This document shows, piece by piece, positions 45,863 through 55,113 of a stretch of DNA of 64,000 bases (position 1 is the stretch's first letter; every line of letters begins with the position of its first letter). The notes under the pieces are model-generated. The model saw nothing but the letters and a program-made list of their open reading frames with translations, was not told the DNA's origin and searched no databases. Origin of the DNA: Nanobdellota archaeon (GTDB lineage Archaea > Nanobdellota > Nanobdellia > Woesearchaeales > JBHPFW01); the NCBI GenBank assembly GCA_042571645.1, contig JBHPFW010000005.1:1536-65535 (forward strand). Reading direction: 5' to 3'. A program made the position numbers and the translations under genes.

Positions 45863-46399
45863 TTATTCTTCTTCTCCACCTATTTTAATATTGAATTTTG
45901 ATTTCATGAAATTTATTGCTTCTTCTTTTGTTATTAGATGTTTTTTTGATAATTTTGAGTTTTTTAATGCTCTTCTTTTAACTCTGTAACCAGGCCTTTC
46001 AAGAGTTATACTGACTTCTAAGCCAATTATCCCAACATCCGGATCATATTTTGCGTCTTTAATATCTATATATTCTGGTATCCCGAATGAGACTGTTCCT
46101 GCTGTGGAAAAATTTGAATCTGCGAGTGTAAATACTTTTGCATCCAGTAATCTAGGTATTAATAATAACGCCTTTTCTCCTCTTAATGTAAGCTTGCAAC
46201 CAACCGGCAAACCAGGCCTTAAACCCCAAGTAGGAATTCTTTTCACTGTAACTGTCTTAACAGGATCTAAACCAGTAATATTCTTTATGAGCTTTATTCC
46301 TTTCTCTAATTTACCTTGATCCTTCCCTGCACCAATATTTAAGGTGAGTTTCTCGATCCTGATTTCTCTCATCCGGTTATTATTTTTTGCTTCTGACAT
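45863..46399 (-). CDS. rpl5: 50S ribosomal protein uL5
   Basis: KLTLNIG.G, SFGIPEY, YDP.VGI.G and RPGYR motifs. Confidence 0.97.
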   Translation of the reverse strand: MSEAKNNNRMREIRIEKLTLNIGAGKDQGKLEKGIKLIKNITGLDPVKTVTVKRIPTWGLRPGLPVGCKLTLRGEKALLLIPRLLDAKVFTLADSNFSTAGTVSFGIPEYIDIKDAKYDPDVGIIGLEVSITLERPGYRVKRRALKNSKLSKKHLITKEEAINFMKSKFNIKIGGEEE

Positions 46400-46415
46400 G
46401 TTTCTTTGATTGTTT

Positions 46416-47210
46416 TTATTCCTTTTTTTCTTGTGTCTTTTTTTCTTCTGATTTTTTGTCTTCTGATTTTTTTGAGGATGATTTCTTCTCTGTTGTTTCC
46501 TTTGTTGTTTTTGCTTGTTTTGACAAAGCTATTTCTGGCTTATCCTTCCCAACAACAAATAAAAACTTCTTAAATGTTTGATACACTTCCTTTTCAGGAG
46601 TTCTAAATGTTATCATGTTTCCTTCAATATTCTCAATGGATCCTGTACTTCCCAAATGCTTCCCACCTATCAGATATATTGAAGCACCCTTCTCTAGCTT
46701 GAGAACCTTGTTTATTTTCTGATCTGGCAGACCAATCACAACAGTATCGCCAACAGTATACTCATCTTTTTCAATAATTATATTCCTATTGCTGCCTAAA
46801 TTAAGCTGAATCTTTTTACCACGCAATAATGTTTTTGACATTACTTTGCAAAGCTTGAGATTTACTTCATTATCAGCTATCTCAATTGTTTTTAGTTTTC
46901 CCCTATTGTCAAGTATCATCCTGTACGATTTCTTTAGTTGAGGTATTGTTATTATATCCATGAGTCCCACTAAAGATTTTTGATCCTTTCTTCTTTTACC
47001 ATCAACCAATAACTCTTTATTGTTTAGTATATCCTTTACTTCCTTTGTGGTCTTTGCCAAACCAAGTAACTCTTTTATCACTATGCCTAATGGCATTCCG
47101 TGTTCTAGTTTATGAGCTCCGGGGTGGGGTCTAGTTATGAAAGTACTTACTTTTCTTTTTATCTCCCAGGTTCTGGGCATGTTCAATCTTTTTAGGTGTC
47201 TCTTTGGCAT
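46416..47210 (-). CDS. rps4e: 30S ribosomal protein eS4
   Basis: HLKRL..P..W, P.PG.H, VDG, GLMD and GG.H.G motifs. Confidence 0.96.
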   Translation of the reverse strand: MPKRHLKRLNMPRTWEIKRKVSTFITRPHPGAHKLEHGMPLGIVIKELLGLAKTTKEVKDILNNKELLVDGKRRKDQKSLVGLMDIITIPQLKKSYRMILDNRGKLKTIEIADNEVNLKLCKVMSKTLLRGKKIQLNLGSNRNIIIEKDEYTVGDTVVIGLPDQKINKVLKLEKGASIYLIGGKHLGSTGSIENIEGNMITFRTPEKEVYQTFKKFLFVVGKDKPEIALSKQAKTTKETTEKKSSSKKSEDKKSEEKKTQEKKE

Positions 47211-47266
47211 TTTTATCCTGTCATCCTTTTCTTTGTTTTGATATATAATTTATTTACATAATTGAT

Positions 47267-47788
47267 TTATAATTGTGGTTTTGTCACGAGACTTTCTGGT
47301 TTTTTTTCTGGTTTAGTTGAGGAAGTTACTGTTTTTTCTTTTCCTTCTGATGATTCAGATGATTCAGATCCTGCCTGAGGCTTTTCTGTTGTTGAATCTG
47401 ATAATGGTGTCTTTAATTTCAGTGATCTCTCTCTTTTCTTATCATCAAGATTGAGCTCAGTGATCGTGAGATTTGAGGAATGGATTCCGACTGGCACTTT
47501 AGCACCCTCCTTTTTAATCACTTCAAATCCTTCAATGAATATTTTCTGACTTTTTCTATCAACCCTCGAAATTTTTCCTGTCTTACCTTTAAAACCGCCT
47601 GAATTGACCAGTATCTTATCCCCCACTCTTGCAGGAATAGATCTCTTGCTGTATTTTTTCCTCAGATCTTTTGATAGAGCTGACGAAACAAACTTGACTC
47701 TAGTATGTAAAGGTGCTTTTTTCAGATATTTTCTCTGTTTGTTTGGTCTGGAACTGCTCTTCCAAAGACGTGAAAATTTCTTTTTCAT
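47267..47788 (-). CDS. rpl24: 50S ribosomal protein uL24 with C-tail
   Basis: S.RP.KQRK, APLH, LS..LR.KY and GD...G..KG motifs. Confidence 0.95.
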   Translation of the reverse strand: MKKKFSRLWKSSSRPNKQRKYLKKAPLHTRVKFVSSALSKDLRKKYSKRSIPARVGDKILVNSGGFKGKTGKISRVDRKSQKIFIEGFEVIKKEGAKVPVGIHSSNLTITELNLDDKKRERSLKLKTPLSDSTTEKPQAGSESSESSEGKEKTVTSSTKPEKKPESLVTKPQL

Positions 47789-47815
47789 TTTTATCAAGTT
47801 ATCCTCATGATCTTA

Positions 47816-48217
47816 TTATACAATAATACTTGCAACCTTAGCAACAGCAGGCCATCTTTCAGATACTTCCTTTGCTATTGGACCTTTGAATATTGTGCCT
47901 TTAGGATTTCCCTTATCATCTTTAAGCACAACCGCAGCATTATCTTCAAATTTCACTCTTGTTCCGTCTGCCCTTCTGAATGACTTTCTCTGTCTGACGA
48001 TTATTGCAAAAACCACTTTTTTTCTCATATCAGGTTTTCCTCTTTTTACAGAAGCTAAAACCATATCCCCTATTCTGGCCGAAGGAGACTTTCCCTTAAC
48101 TGTTTTTGCACCTTTGACTCCGAAAATTCTGATAGTCTTTGCTCCTGAATTATCACAGGTATCCACAGAACATCCCACAGGAAGTCCTGCTGTGATTTTT
48201 GCTTTGATTGCTTTCAT
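47816..48217 (-). CDS. rpl14: 50S ribosomal protein uL14
   Basis: DNSGA, IVRQR, FEDNAAV and GPIAKE motifs. Confidence 0.97.
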   Translation of the reverse strand: MKAIKAKITAGLPVGCSVDTCDNSGAKTIRIFGVKGAKTVKGKSPSARIGDMVLASVKRGKPDMRKKVVFAIIVRQRKSFRRADGTRVKFEDNAAVVLKDDKGNPKGTIFKGPIAKEVSERWPAVAKVASIIV

Positions 48218-48222
48218 AATTA

Positions 48223-48699
48223 TCAACTTTTGTTGTCTCCTGAATCCTCAGGAATTTCATTCTTTGTGGTTTTCTCAATATTTCTCTCAGTCTTGGTTTT
48301 CGATGATTTGTCTTTATCCTGATCTCTTTCCTTCTTCTCTTCCTGAGAGATGAGCTGTTTGAGATCTTGCTTTTTCTGAATTTCTATTATCACATAATTT
48401 TTAGTCTTGCTTAATGGTCTGGTTTCCATTATTCTAACTATATCGCCTGGTTGAGCATTTATGCATGGAGGGTTATGAACCTGTAGCTTTGTTCTTCTCT
48501 TTTCATATCTCTCGTACTTTTTCACCTTCACTAATCTGTCCCATTCAACTGTAGCTGTTTTCTGAGATCCTGTCTTTGTGACATTTCCCAAAAATTGCCT
48601 TCCTCTGACTGATATTTTACCATGGAATGGACAATTCTGATCATCACAGCTCTCTTTAGGTGGTGTTACATTGATTCCGATGTTTTTTTCTTTTGCCAT
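48223..48699 (-). CDS. rps17: 30S ribosomal protein uS17 with C-tail
   Basis: C.D.NCPFHG, KYERYEKR and ETRPLSKTK motifs. Confidence 0.96.
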   Translation of the reverse strand: MAKEKNIGINVTPPKESCDDQNCPFHGKISVRGRQFLGNVTKTGSQKTATVEWDRLVKVKKYERYEKRRTKLQVHNPPCINAQPGDIVRIMETRPLSKTKNYVIIEIQKKQDLKQLISQEEKKERDQDKDKSSKTKTERNIEKTTKNEIPEDSGDNKS

Positions 48700-48718
48700 T
48701 ATAATACCCTTGTAATAA

Positions 48719-48814
48719 CAAAAATCGGCTAAAATAGATTTTAGTTTAGTCGATTTTTGGAATTAAAAATGACGCACTTAAGTGCAGAGTTTTAAACCCC
48801 GCGCCATTTTTAAT
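48719..48814. other. two long intergenic hairpins inside the r-protein operon
   Basis: CAAAAATCG...CGATTTTTG (48719-48759) and ATTAAAAATGACGC...GCGCCATTTTTAAT (48762-48814). Confidence 0.6.
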
Positions 48815-48872
48815 AATTTATTTCCTGTATGCTTTGTGCTTTGATAGCTTTGATATCATGTTTGTATATCTG

Positions 48873-49118
48873 TTACTTCCCTTTTATTCTTTCATGGAGT
48901 CTTCCTTGAATCTTTTCACCATCTATTATTATATTTTCTTCAATGAGTTTGATTTTTATTCCTTTTTTGCTGAATTTTTTTGTCTCTTCCTGTTCAGTTA
49001 AGATGGATATTGTATTTTTTGTTTCATCTATGATTTTTCCTATGTGAACTTTTTTCTGATCATTCATGATAATTTCAGCTTTCTTGCCGATAAGGTTTTG
49101 GTTGAGTATAGATCCCAT
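48873..49118 (-). CDS. rnp1: RNase P protein subunit Rpp29/Pop4
   Basis: LIG, GKIIDETKNT and IDG..I..R..ERI motifs; canonical position between sui1 and S17. Confidence 0.85.
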   Translation of the reverse strand: MGSILNQNLIGKKAEIIMNDQKKVHIGKIIDETKNTISILTEQEETKKFSKKGIKIKLIEENIIIDGEKIQGRLHERIKGK

Positions 49119-49146
49119 GATTCTTGCAGTTATGCTTTTTTTATAT

Positions 49147-49455
49147 CTATTTTATATCAATTGTGTTTGAAGCAAAACCAAGCTCAACCAATGCTGATTT
49201 GGTTTTTAACTTATGATCGCCTTGGAGTTCTATTGTCCCTGACTTGAATGTTCCTCCGCAAGCAAATTTATTTTTGAGTCCCTTTGTAACATCTTTTATG
49301 TTGATATCCTTAGTGTCTATTCCTTCTATTATAGTGTATTTTTTCCCAAATTTCCTTTTTTCAATACTTACTGATATCTTCTGGTCTTCCTTCACTATGG
49401 TGTCCCAAGCAGATAGCTCTTTTGGCAAACCGGTTACAGGGTCTATTTCTTTCAT
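49147..49455 (-). CDS. sui1: translation initiation factor aIF1/SUI1
   Basis: GLPKEL, LK.KFACGGT and IELQGDH motifs. Confidence 0.95.
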   Translation of the reverse strand: MKEIDPVTGLPKELSAWDTIVKEDQKISVSIEKRKFGKKYTIIEGIDTKDINIKDVTKGLKNKFACGGTFKSGTIELQGDHKLKTKSALVELGFASNTIDIK

Positions 49456-49679
49456 TTCTTGCTTAATCCTCCTTTATTTTTCACAATTTTTTTCTGATTA
49501 AGTATTCCAAGTATTGTGGCTTTTGTTCTTTTTGTATTCCTTATTTCCATTGGACTCTGTGGATTTGTTCCTGTAGCCACTTGAGCATTCAACTTTATTA
49601 ATGACTTGTCAAGCTCCTTTAATTTGGAGTTCAAGTCTTCCTCAGACATATTGATGAATTCTTTTGATTTTCGCGACAT
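49452..49679 (-). CDS. rpl29: 50S ribosomal protein uL29
   Basis: MS.E.L..KL.EL...L..L and IR..KR..A.IL motifs; operon position. Confidence 0.88.
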   Translation of the reverse strand: MSRKSKEFINMSEEDLNSKLKELDKSLIKLNAQVATGTNPQSPMEIRNTKRTKATILGILNQKKIVKNKGGLSKK

Positions 49680-49706
49680 TTTAAGCATCTATTTTTTTAT
49701 ATTATT

Positions 49707-50567
49707 TTATTGTTCAGATTTTTCAGATTGTTTTTCTGTATCTTTCTCTGCATCTTTGTCTGAAACTTTCTTATTCTGTTGTTCTTTTTCCTGTTCTTTT
49801 TCCTTAATTTCTTCTTCAGCTTTTGAATCCTCTTTTGAATCCTCTTTTGCAGACTTTTTGGTTTGTGGTTTTTGTCTGCTTTTTGTCGATTTCCGTCTGG
49901 TTGAAGGTTTTTTCTTGGCTTTGCCTGATTTTTCTTCTGCCTCTTCAATGGATTCTTCTATGATTGTCAGTTCTTCATTGATTTTTATCCTATCAGGTAG
50001 CTCTGTTTCAGGCGGCATTATTCTTACTTGTATGCCTACAGTTCCTGTTTTGAGTTCTGCTGTTGTATAAGCAATATTTACACCGCTTGTCGATATATCT
50101 CCTGATTTTTTCAGATAACCCTGATAAAATCTCCATACTTTTGCTCTGCTGCTTGGTATCTTACCGGATATCAAAAGCTCAACTCCCCATGCTCCTGCAT
50201 TCATTATCTCAGAAAGCACTTTGTGAGCAATTCCTTTAAATCTTGCTGAACCAAATCTTTCTAATGAAGACGATATCATTTCTGCCACAATCTTGGCATC
50301 AAGATGTATATTCTCCACCTCATTTATTTCTATTTGTGGATTATCAAGTGTGAATTTCTTTTTGAGTTCAGTGGTTATTCTCTTTATACTTTGACCTTTT
50401 CTTCCCACAACCAAGCCAGGCCTTGATGCATAGATTATTATTTTCTCTCCTAAGGGTGTTCTCTGCAATTTTGTATGGCTTAACCCAACATTTCTTAGAC
50501 TATTCGATATAAATTCCTCAATCTGGAATTCCTTCATTTTTTCTGCCACAAACTTTCTTTCAATCAT
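49707..50567 (-). CDS. rps3: 30S ribosomal protein uS3 with charged C-tail
   Basis: TPLG, RPGLVVGRKG (KH domain), ISGK and G.VG.QV.IMPP motifs. Confidence 0.96.
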   Translation of the reverse strand: MIERKFVAEKMKEFQIEEFISNSLRNVGLSHTKLQRTPLGEKIIIYASRPGLVVGRKGQSIKRITTELKKKFTLDNPQIEINEVENIHLDAKIVAEMISSSLERFGSARFKGIAHKVLSEIMNAGAWGVELLISGKIPSSRAKVWRFYQGYLKKSGDISTSGVNIAYTTAELKTGTVGIQVRIMPPETELPDRIKINEELTIIEESIEEAEEKSGKAKKKPSTRRKSTKSRQKPQTKKSAKEDSKEDSKAEEEIKEKEQEKEQQNKKVSDKDAEKDTEKQSEKSEQ

Positions 50568-51313
50568 TGTGATTCCTCTTGTTGTGCTGATTGTGATTTT
50601 TTAGGAGCTTCTTTTTCTGTTTTCTCCTCTTTTATCTCTTCTTTCTTTTTTTCAGGACTATCTGCTGCTATATTAGATTCAGTTTTTTTCTCTTCAGTTG
50701 CTGTTTTCTTTTCTTCTGGTTGTGCTTTTTTCTCTTCTGCAATTGTCTTTTCCCCAGATTTCTGCTCTGCAGAAATTGGGCCCGATTGAGCTTTGCTCAA
50801 TTTGGGTTCTGTTGCTGTTTCTTCCTTTACTTCCTCTTTCTTTACAGGATGCTTTTTTTCTCTCTTAGGCGAAGCAGAAGACTCCTCTAATACAATTTCA
50901 AGGTGTGTTCTTTTCATTAACCTTCCTCTTCTACTTCCACCATGAACAGGTCTCGAAGATTGCTGAACAGATAGATGCCTTATAATCATGTTTGAAGTGT
51001 TAAGCCCTTTGGTTTGAGCATTCTTTTCAGCTGATTCTAACATCTTTAGTATCTCAAGTGATGCCTTAACAGGATATCTACCCGGACCTATACCTGGCTT
51101 ATGCGCCATGCCCCCTGTGAATCTTCTATACTTCACCGGTTTCTTCAAAGTTGATACTTGATTCAGAAACTCTTTGGCCTTTTGGATGTTTGTCTTTCTG
51201 ATCTCATTGCATATCTCAATTGAATGCTTCGATGAAATACTAAGATCACTGCCAAAAGCTCTTGCCATCTTTTCTGAATCATAATCCTGGAATGAATATT
51301 TTTTATCCGCCAT
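50564..51313 (-). CDS. rpl22: 50S ribosomal protein uL22 with long C-tail
   Basis: S.KHS.EIC, GRYPVKA, NA..KGL and THLEIVL motifs. Confidence 0.95.
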   Translation of the reverse strand: MADKKYSFQDYDSEKMARAFGSDLSISSKHSIEICNEIRKTNIQKAKEFLNQVSTLKKPVKYRRFTGGMAHKPGIGPGRYPVKASLEILKMLESAEKNAQTKGLNTSNMIIRHLSVQQSSRPVHGGSRRGRLMKRTHLEIVLEESSASPKREKKHPVKKEEVKEETATEPKLSKAQSGPISAEQKSGEKTIAEEKKAQPEEKKTATEEKKTESNIAADSPEKKKEEIKEEKTEKEAPKKSQSAQQEESQ

Positions 51314-51362
51314 CTTGATCTTTATTTTTCCTTTTGTTAGACTGGTTTATTCTTTTCTATTC

Positions 51363-51746
51363 TTATCTGACTGCTACATTGGCGCTTGATCTGGTTGCAC
51401 CCACACCAGGAGCATTATGACCTACTCTTTTTCTCGTGAGAGAAAACTCTCCTAATATATGACCCACCATATGAGGCCTTATCTCTAGCGGCTCAAAGGT
51501 TTTCCCATTATATATTCTTATCAGCATACCTATCATCTCAGGCAGTATAATCATATCTCTACAATGAGTTTCTATGTTCTTTTTTCCTGATCTGATCTTT
51601 TTCAACAATGCCTTCTGGGTTTCAGTAAAACCTCTTGAAAGGCTTCTTCGTTGTCTTGCAGGAATAATCTCCATAAACTCAACGAGACTCATAGCCTTAA
51701 TTTCTTCTTCTGTTTTCCCTCTATAAATGAATTCCTTTTTTGCCAT
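51363..51746 (-). CDS. rps19: 30S ribosomal protein uS19
   Basis: YRG, P.RQRRSL, TH.RDM, GH.LGEF and PGVGATRSS motifs. Confidence 0.97.
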   Translation of the reverse strand: MAKKEFIYRGKTEEEIKAMSLVEFMEIIPARQRRSLSRGFTETQKALLKKIRSGKKNIETHCRDMIILPEMIGMLIRIYNGKTFEPLEIRPHMVGHILGEFSLTRKRVGHNAPGVGATRSSANVAVR

Positions 51747-51814
51747 TTATTGTTCACCATGAATTTAGTTAGTGCTCATATGCCCTTGCTTTGTTTGCAG
51801 TATTTATTTATTGT

Positions 51815-52531
51815 TTATTTCTTTTTTCTTCCTGTTCTTCTCGGCCTCAACATACCGACCTTTCTTCCAGGTGGAGCATTTCTTGGAACAGGTTTTGCTT
51901 TTGATTTTCTTGATGATCTTTTATTTCCAAATGGATGTGATACAGCATTCATTGCGCCGCCTGAAACTACTGGATACAGTCCTCCTCTTGACCTTACTTT
52001 GTGGAATTTTGTTCCTGCTTTGAGCAATGGTTTTTCAAATCTGCCACCACCTGCAACACTTCCTATGTTAGCTCTGCAAGTTTCGTGGAAAACCTTTTTC
52101 TTTTTTGAAGGCAGCTCTATAACCACCTTGGTATTTGATTTTGATAATACTCTTGCAAATGTACCTGAAGCTCTCACAAACTTGCCTCCATCTCCAGGCA
52201 TTGCTTCAATATTGTATACAAAGGTTCCTTCGGGAATATCTTTAAGCAATAAACTGCTTCCTTTTTCTGCTTGAGCACCAATTCCCGCTTCAACAAAATC
52301 GCCTACTTTTACACCTTCTGGTGCAATCAATAAACAATGTTCTCCATTATCATATTCAACAAACGCCAATGGAGCTGAATGACCGGCACAATGAACAAAA
52401 TCACGAATAATGCCCTCACTAAGCTCTCCACTAACTGAAGGATGGCCTGCCTTCCCCTTAAATCTAAAACTATTTACTGTTAAGACAGGGGATGCTTTTC
52501 CACGTTTCTGCTGTATTATTCGTTTGCCCAT
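51815..52531 (-). CDS. rpl2: 50S ribosomal protein uL2
   Basis: MGKRI..Q.RG, PGDGGKF.RASG, AMNAV.HPFG and APPGRKVG motifs. Confidence 0.97.
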   Translation of the reverse strand: MGKRIIQQKRGKASPVLTVNSFRFKGKAGHPSVSGELSEGIIRDFVHCAGHSAPLAFVEYDNGEHCLLIAPEGVKVGDFVEAGIGAQAEKGSSLLLKDIPEGTFVYNIEAMPGDGGKFVRASGTFARVLSKSNTKVVIELPSKKKKVFHETCRANIGSVAGGGRFEKPLLKAGTKFHKVRSRGGLYPVVSGGAMNAVSHPFGNKRSSRKSKAKPVPRNAPPGRKVGMLRPRRTGRKKK

Positions 52532-52587
52532 TTTTGATCTTTAATTTTGGTCTTTATTGAACTATTATTTTTGAACATTATATTTTA

Positions 52588-52842
52588 TTACATCAATCCC
52601 AATTGCGTTGCAACATCTATTGCAGGTGTTTCATCTTTCAGTTTAACATATGCTCTTTTCTGAGATTTTGGTGTAATATAAGTATTAACTTTTTCCACTT
52701 TAACATTAAAAATGCTCTCTACTTCTTTCTTTATCTCTGCTTTTTTTGCTTTTTTGTCAACTACAAAAATAAGTTTATTCTCTGATTCCATCAATCTGAT
52801 GGATTTTTCTGTTGACAACGGGTATTTTATTATGGCTGACAT
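52588..52842 (-). CDS. rpl23: 50S ribosomal protein uL23
   Basis: P..TEK, N.L.F.V, VNT and KRAYVKL motifs. Confidence 0.96.
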   Translation of the reverse strand: MSAIIKYPLSTEKSIRLMESENKLIFVVDKKAKKAEIKKEVESIFNVKVEKVNTYITPKSQKRAYVKLKDETPAIDVATQLGLM

Positions 52843-52858
52843 TTTTTATCGTTAGTTC

Positions 52859-53725
52859 TTATTTTTTAACTGATTTTTCTTCCTGTTTTTTTTCTGTTGC
52901 AGATGGTGCTTTGTAAGATTCTGTGAAAAGTTTTTCCTGCGATAGTTTACTTATTGCTGATTCTGTCCATAAGGTCAATCTTCCCGGTTCTGCTCCAGGA
53001 GCTAATAGATCTGTATTTATTTTCTGAACTAAAACAACATCCACGCCAGGAATATTTGCTCCTGAATTAAGCAAAGCACAATCATCTCCCACAACAATCA
53101 GTGGCCCAATCTTGTTTTGATATTTTCTTCCTCTGGCTTTTCCCCTTCCAGCTCTAATTTTAGTTTTTGAAGATCTGATAAGCTCTTCTTTCAAACCAAA
53201 CTTCTCTAGTGTTGAAATAACTTCTTTTGTTTTTGACAAAGATTGAATTTTATCTTCGATTATGAAAGGATAATTATCTGGAACCTTGTGGCCTTTTTGA
53301 GAAACAATATCTTTAATGACTGAAGCTGACATAGCAGATCTAATTGCTTTTCTTCTTTCTTTTTTGTTTACTTTCATTTTTAGTAATTTTGATGTTTTTG
53401 GTGGATGAGCTCTTCTACCTCCAACTGTATTTGGAGCAAATGCTCCAACCCAATACATTCTAGTGCCTCTTCTGCTGAGTATTTTTCTTGGGGTCCTTGA
53501 AATTCCGTAACCATAACTTGTTCTATATTTTCTTCTTCTCTTTGGAATATCTGAACTTACTTTTTTTCCTGCCTCTGGATCAGCACCATGAGACTGTCTC
53601 TTATGACTCCGAATTGCTAAAACTGCTCTCTTGATTATGTCATCTCTCACAGGCTCATTGAATTGACTGGGCAATTCTACTTTTCCTTGTTCCTGATTTT
53701 CAATTGTTAGTTTCGGTACTTGCAT
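52859..53725 (-). CDS. rpl4: 50S ribosomal protein uL4
   Basis: VGGRRAHPPK, RAGRGK.RGR and LAPG..PGRLT motifs. Confidence 0.96.
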   Translation of the reverse strand: MQVPKLTIENQEQGKVELPSQFNEPVRDDIIKRAVLAIRSHKRQSHGADPEAGKKVSSDIPKRRRKYRTSYGYGISRTPRKILSRRGTRMYWVGAFAPNTVGGRRAHPPKTSKLLKMKVNKKERRKAIRSAMSASVIKDIVSQKGHKVPDNYPFIIEDKIQSLSKTKEVISTLEKFGLKEELIRSSKTKIRAGRGKARGRKYQNKIGPLIVVGDDCALLNSGANIPGVDVVLVQKINTDLLAPGAEPGRLTLWTESAISKLSQEKLFTESYKAPSATEKKQEEKSVKK

Positions 53726-53752
53726 TTTTATTTCCTATTTGATTTCCTCTAT

Positions 53753-54751
53753 TTAGGCTTCTGTTTTTGCAGATTTTAAATTAAAATTGATTGATTTTAT
53801 CTCTGGAGCTTGATTTGGGATTCTTTTGCTGGGTCTTGTTGCGAGGTTTAATCTAATCATCCTTTTTGCAGGTCCTAAAATACTTCCCTTAAGAACTATG
53901 TAAGGATTTTTTATAACACCATACTTCCTGAATCCGCTGTCTGGATTTATTTTGGAAACATCTTTATCTAAACTTAATATCCATTTATTATAATCTGTTC
54001 TGTTATGGCAACCTGTTTGTCCTGCATGAGCAACTCTATACATCACGTGCTGCTGGCAGGTCCATCCACCTAAAGATCCTGGAGCCCTTCTTGATTTCTC
54101 TGACTTATGACTTTTTAGACCAATACCGAATCTTTTTACAGGACCTTGATATCCTTTACCTTTTGTTACTGCATGTATATCTACTTGCTGCCCTGGCTGA
54201 AGAATTTCATCAACATGAATTTCCTTGTTTAGATGGTCTTTTACGAATGTTATTTTGTCAGCATTATTGCCGCCCATTGACATTTCAAATAATTCTGGTT
54301 TTTTCTTGCCTAATCCTGTAAGTTTTGGCTGGGTATAAACAATAAGTGTCATATCATCATATTCATCTGCATTAATTGAATCAATTTCTTTTTCAGAAGT
54401 CTTTTTTCTTTTTGGAATTTTTCTCAGGAGATCTTTATCAATAGGAAAAGCAAGTTCTTTGGCAGGCTGCAAACCATTGTGCTTATTTTTATAGAATCTT
54501 ACTCCGCATATTTTTAATGGCGGGCATTCAATTATTGTGACAGGACAACTAATGGTCTCTCCTTTTGTAGTTGAGGCTTTTCTATTGTCTGTAAAAGTAA
54601 CATGTGTCATACCAACTTTATATCCTGCAAATCCTAAGGGCTTGCTCTCTTTAATGTTCTTTGCCTTAGAGCTAACTCTAGAATATTGTCTTTTAGCGCG
54701 TTTTCTAGGCCAAACTCCCATGCTTCCATGTCTTGGGTTTCGTGCTTTCAT
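53753..54751 (-). CDS. rpl3: 50S ribosomal protein uL3
   Basis: PR.GS...PRKR, GYKVGMTH, TKGKG.QGPVKRFG and GQ.G.H.RT motifs. Confidence 0.97.
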   Translation of the reverse strand: MKARNPRHGSMGVWPRKRAKRQYSRVSSKAKNIKESKPLGFAGYKVGMTHVTFTDNRKASTTKGETISCPVTIIECPPLKICGVRFYKNKHNGLQPAKELAFPIDKDLLRKIPKRKKTSEKEIDSINADEYDDMTLIVYTQPKLTGLGKKKPELFEMSMGGNNADKITFVKDHLNKEIHVDEILQPGQQVDIHAVTKGKGYQGPVKRFGIGLKSHKSEKSRRAPGSLGGWTCQQHVMYRVAHAGQTGCHNRTDYNKWILSLDKDVSKINPDSGFRKYGVIKNPYIVLKGSILGPAKRMIRLNLATRPSKRIPNQAPEIKSINFNLKSAKTEA

Positions 54752-55049
54752 TTTGTTGATGTGTTATTGATTTATGTTATTGTTGTGAATTTGATGGATA
54801 TGACTAAATTTCTTGAAAAACCGCTATTGAAAAACACCAAAATAAGACTAATTTAGCTAAAAAAGCAAATTTTGGGGTCTATTTGCCTTAACAACCTATT
54901 ATTTCAGCCTTTCTTTCAGAAGAAGTCTATTTAACGAACCTCGTACTGAAAGACTGTTTTTCAGGCTTGGCTTTATGATTTACAATGCTTAAATCCTTAT
55001 TTTTTATGTTTAAGCACTCCTACTAAGCTATTTGGTAGATTAAATGGGC

Positions 55050-55057
55050 CTTTATAA
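55050..55057 (-). promoter_or_regulatory. probable TATA box of the ribosomal superoperon
   Basis: TTTATAAA about 300 bp upstream of the rpl3 start, implying a long leader. Confidence 0.4.
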
Positions 55058-55113
55058 ATATTCCGGGTTTAGAAACCAAGAAAAAGAACTGCTAATTTCT
55101 ACTAATTTGTAAT

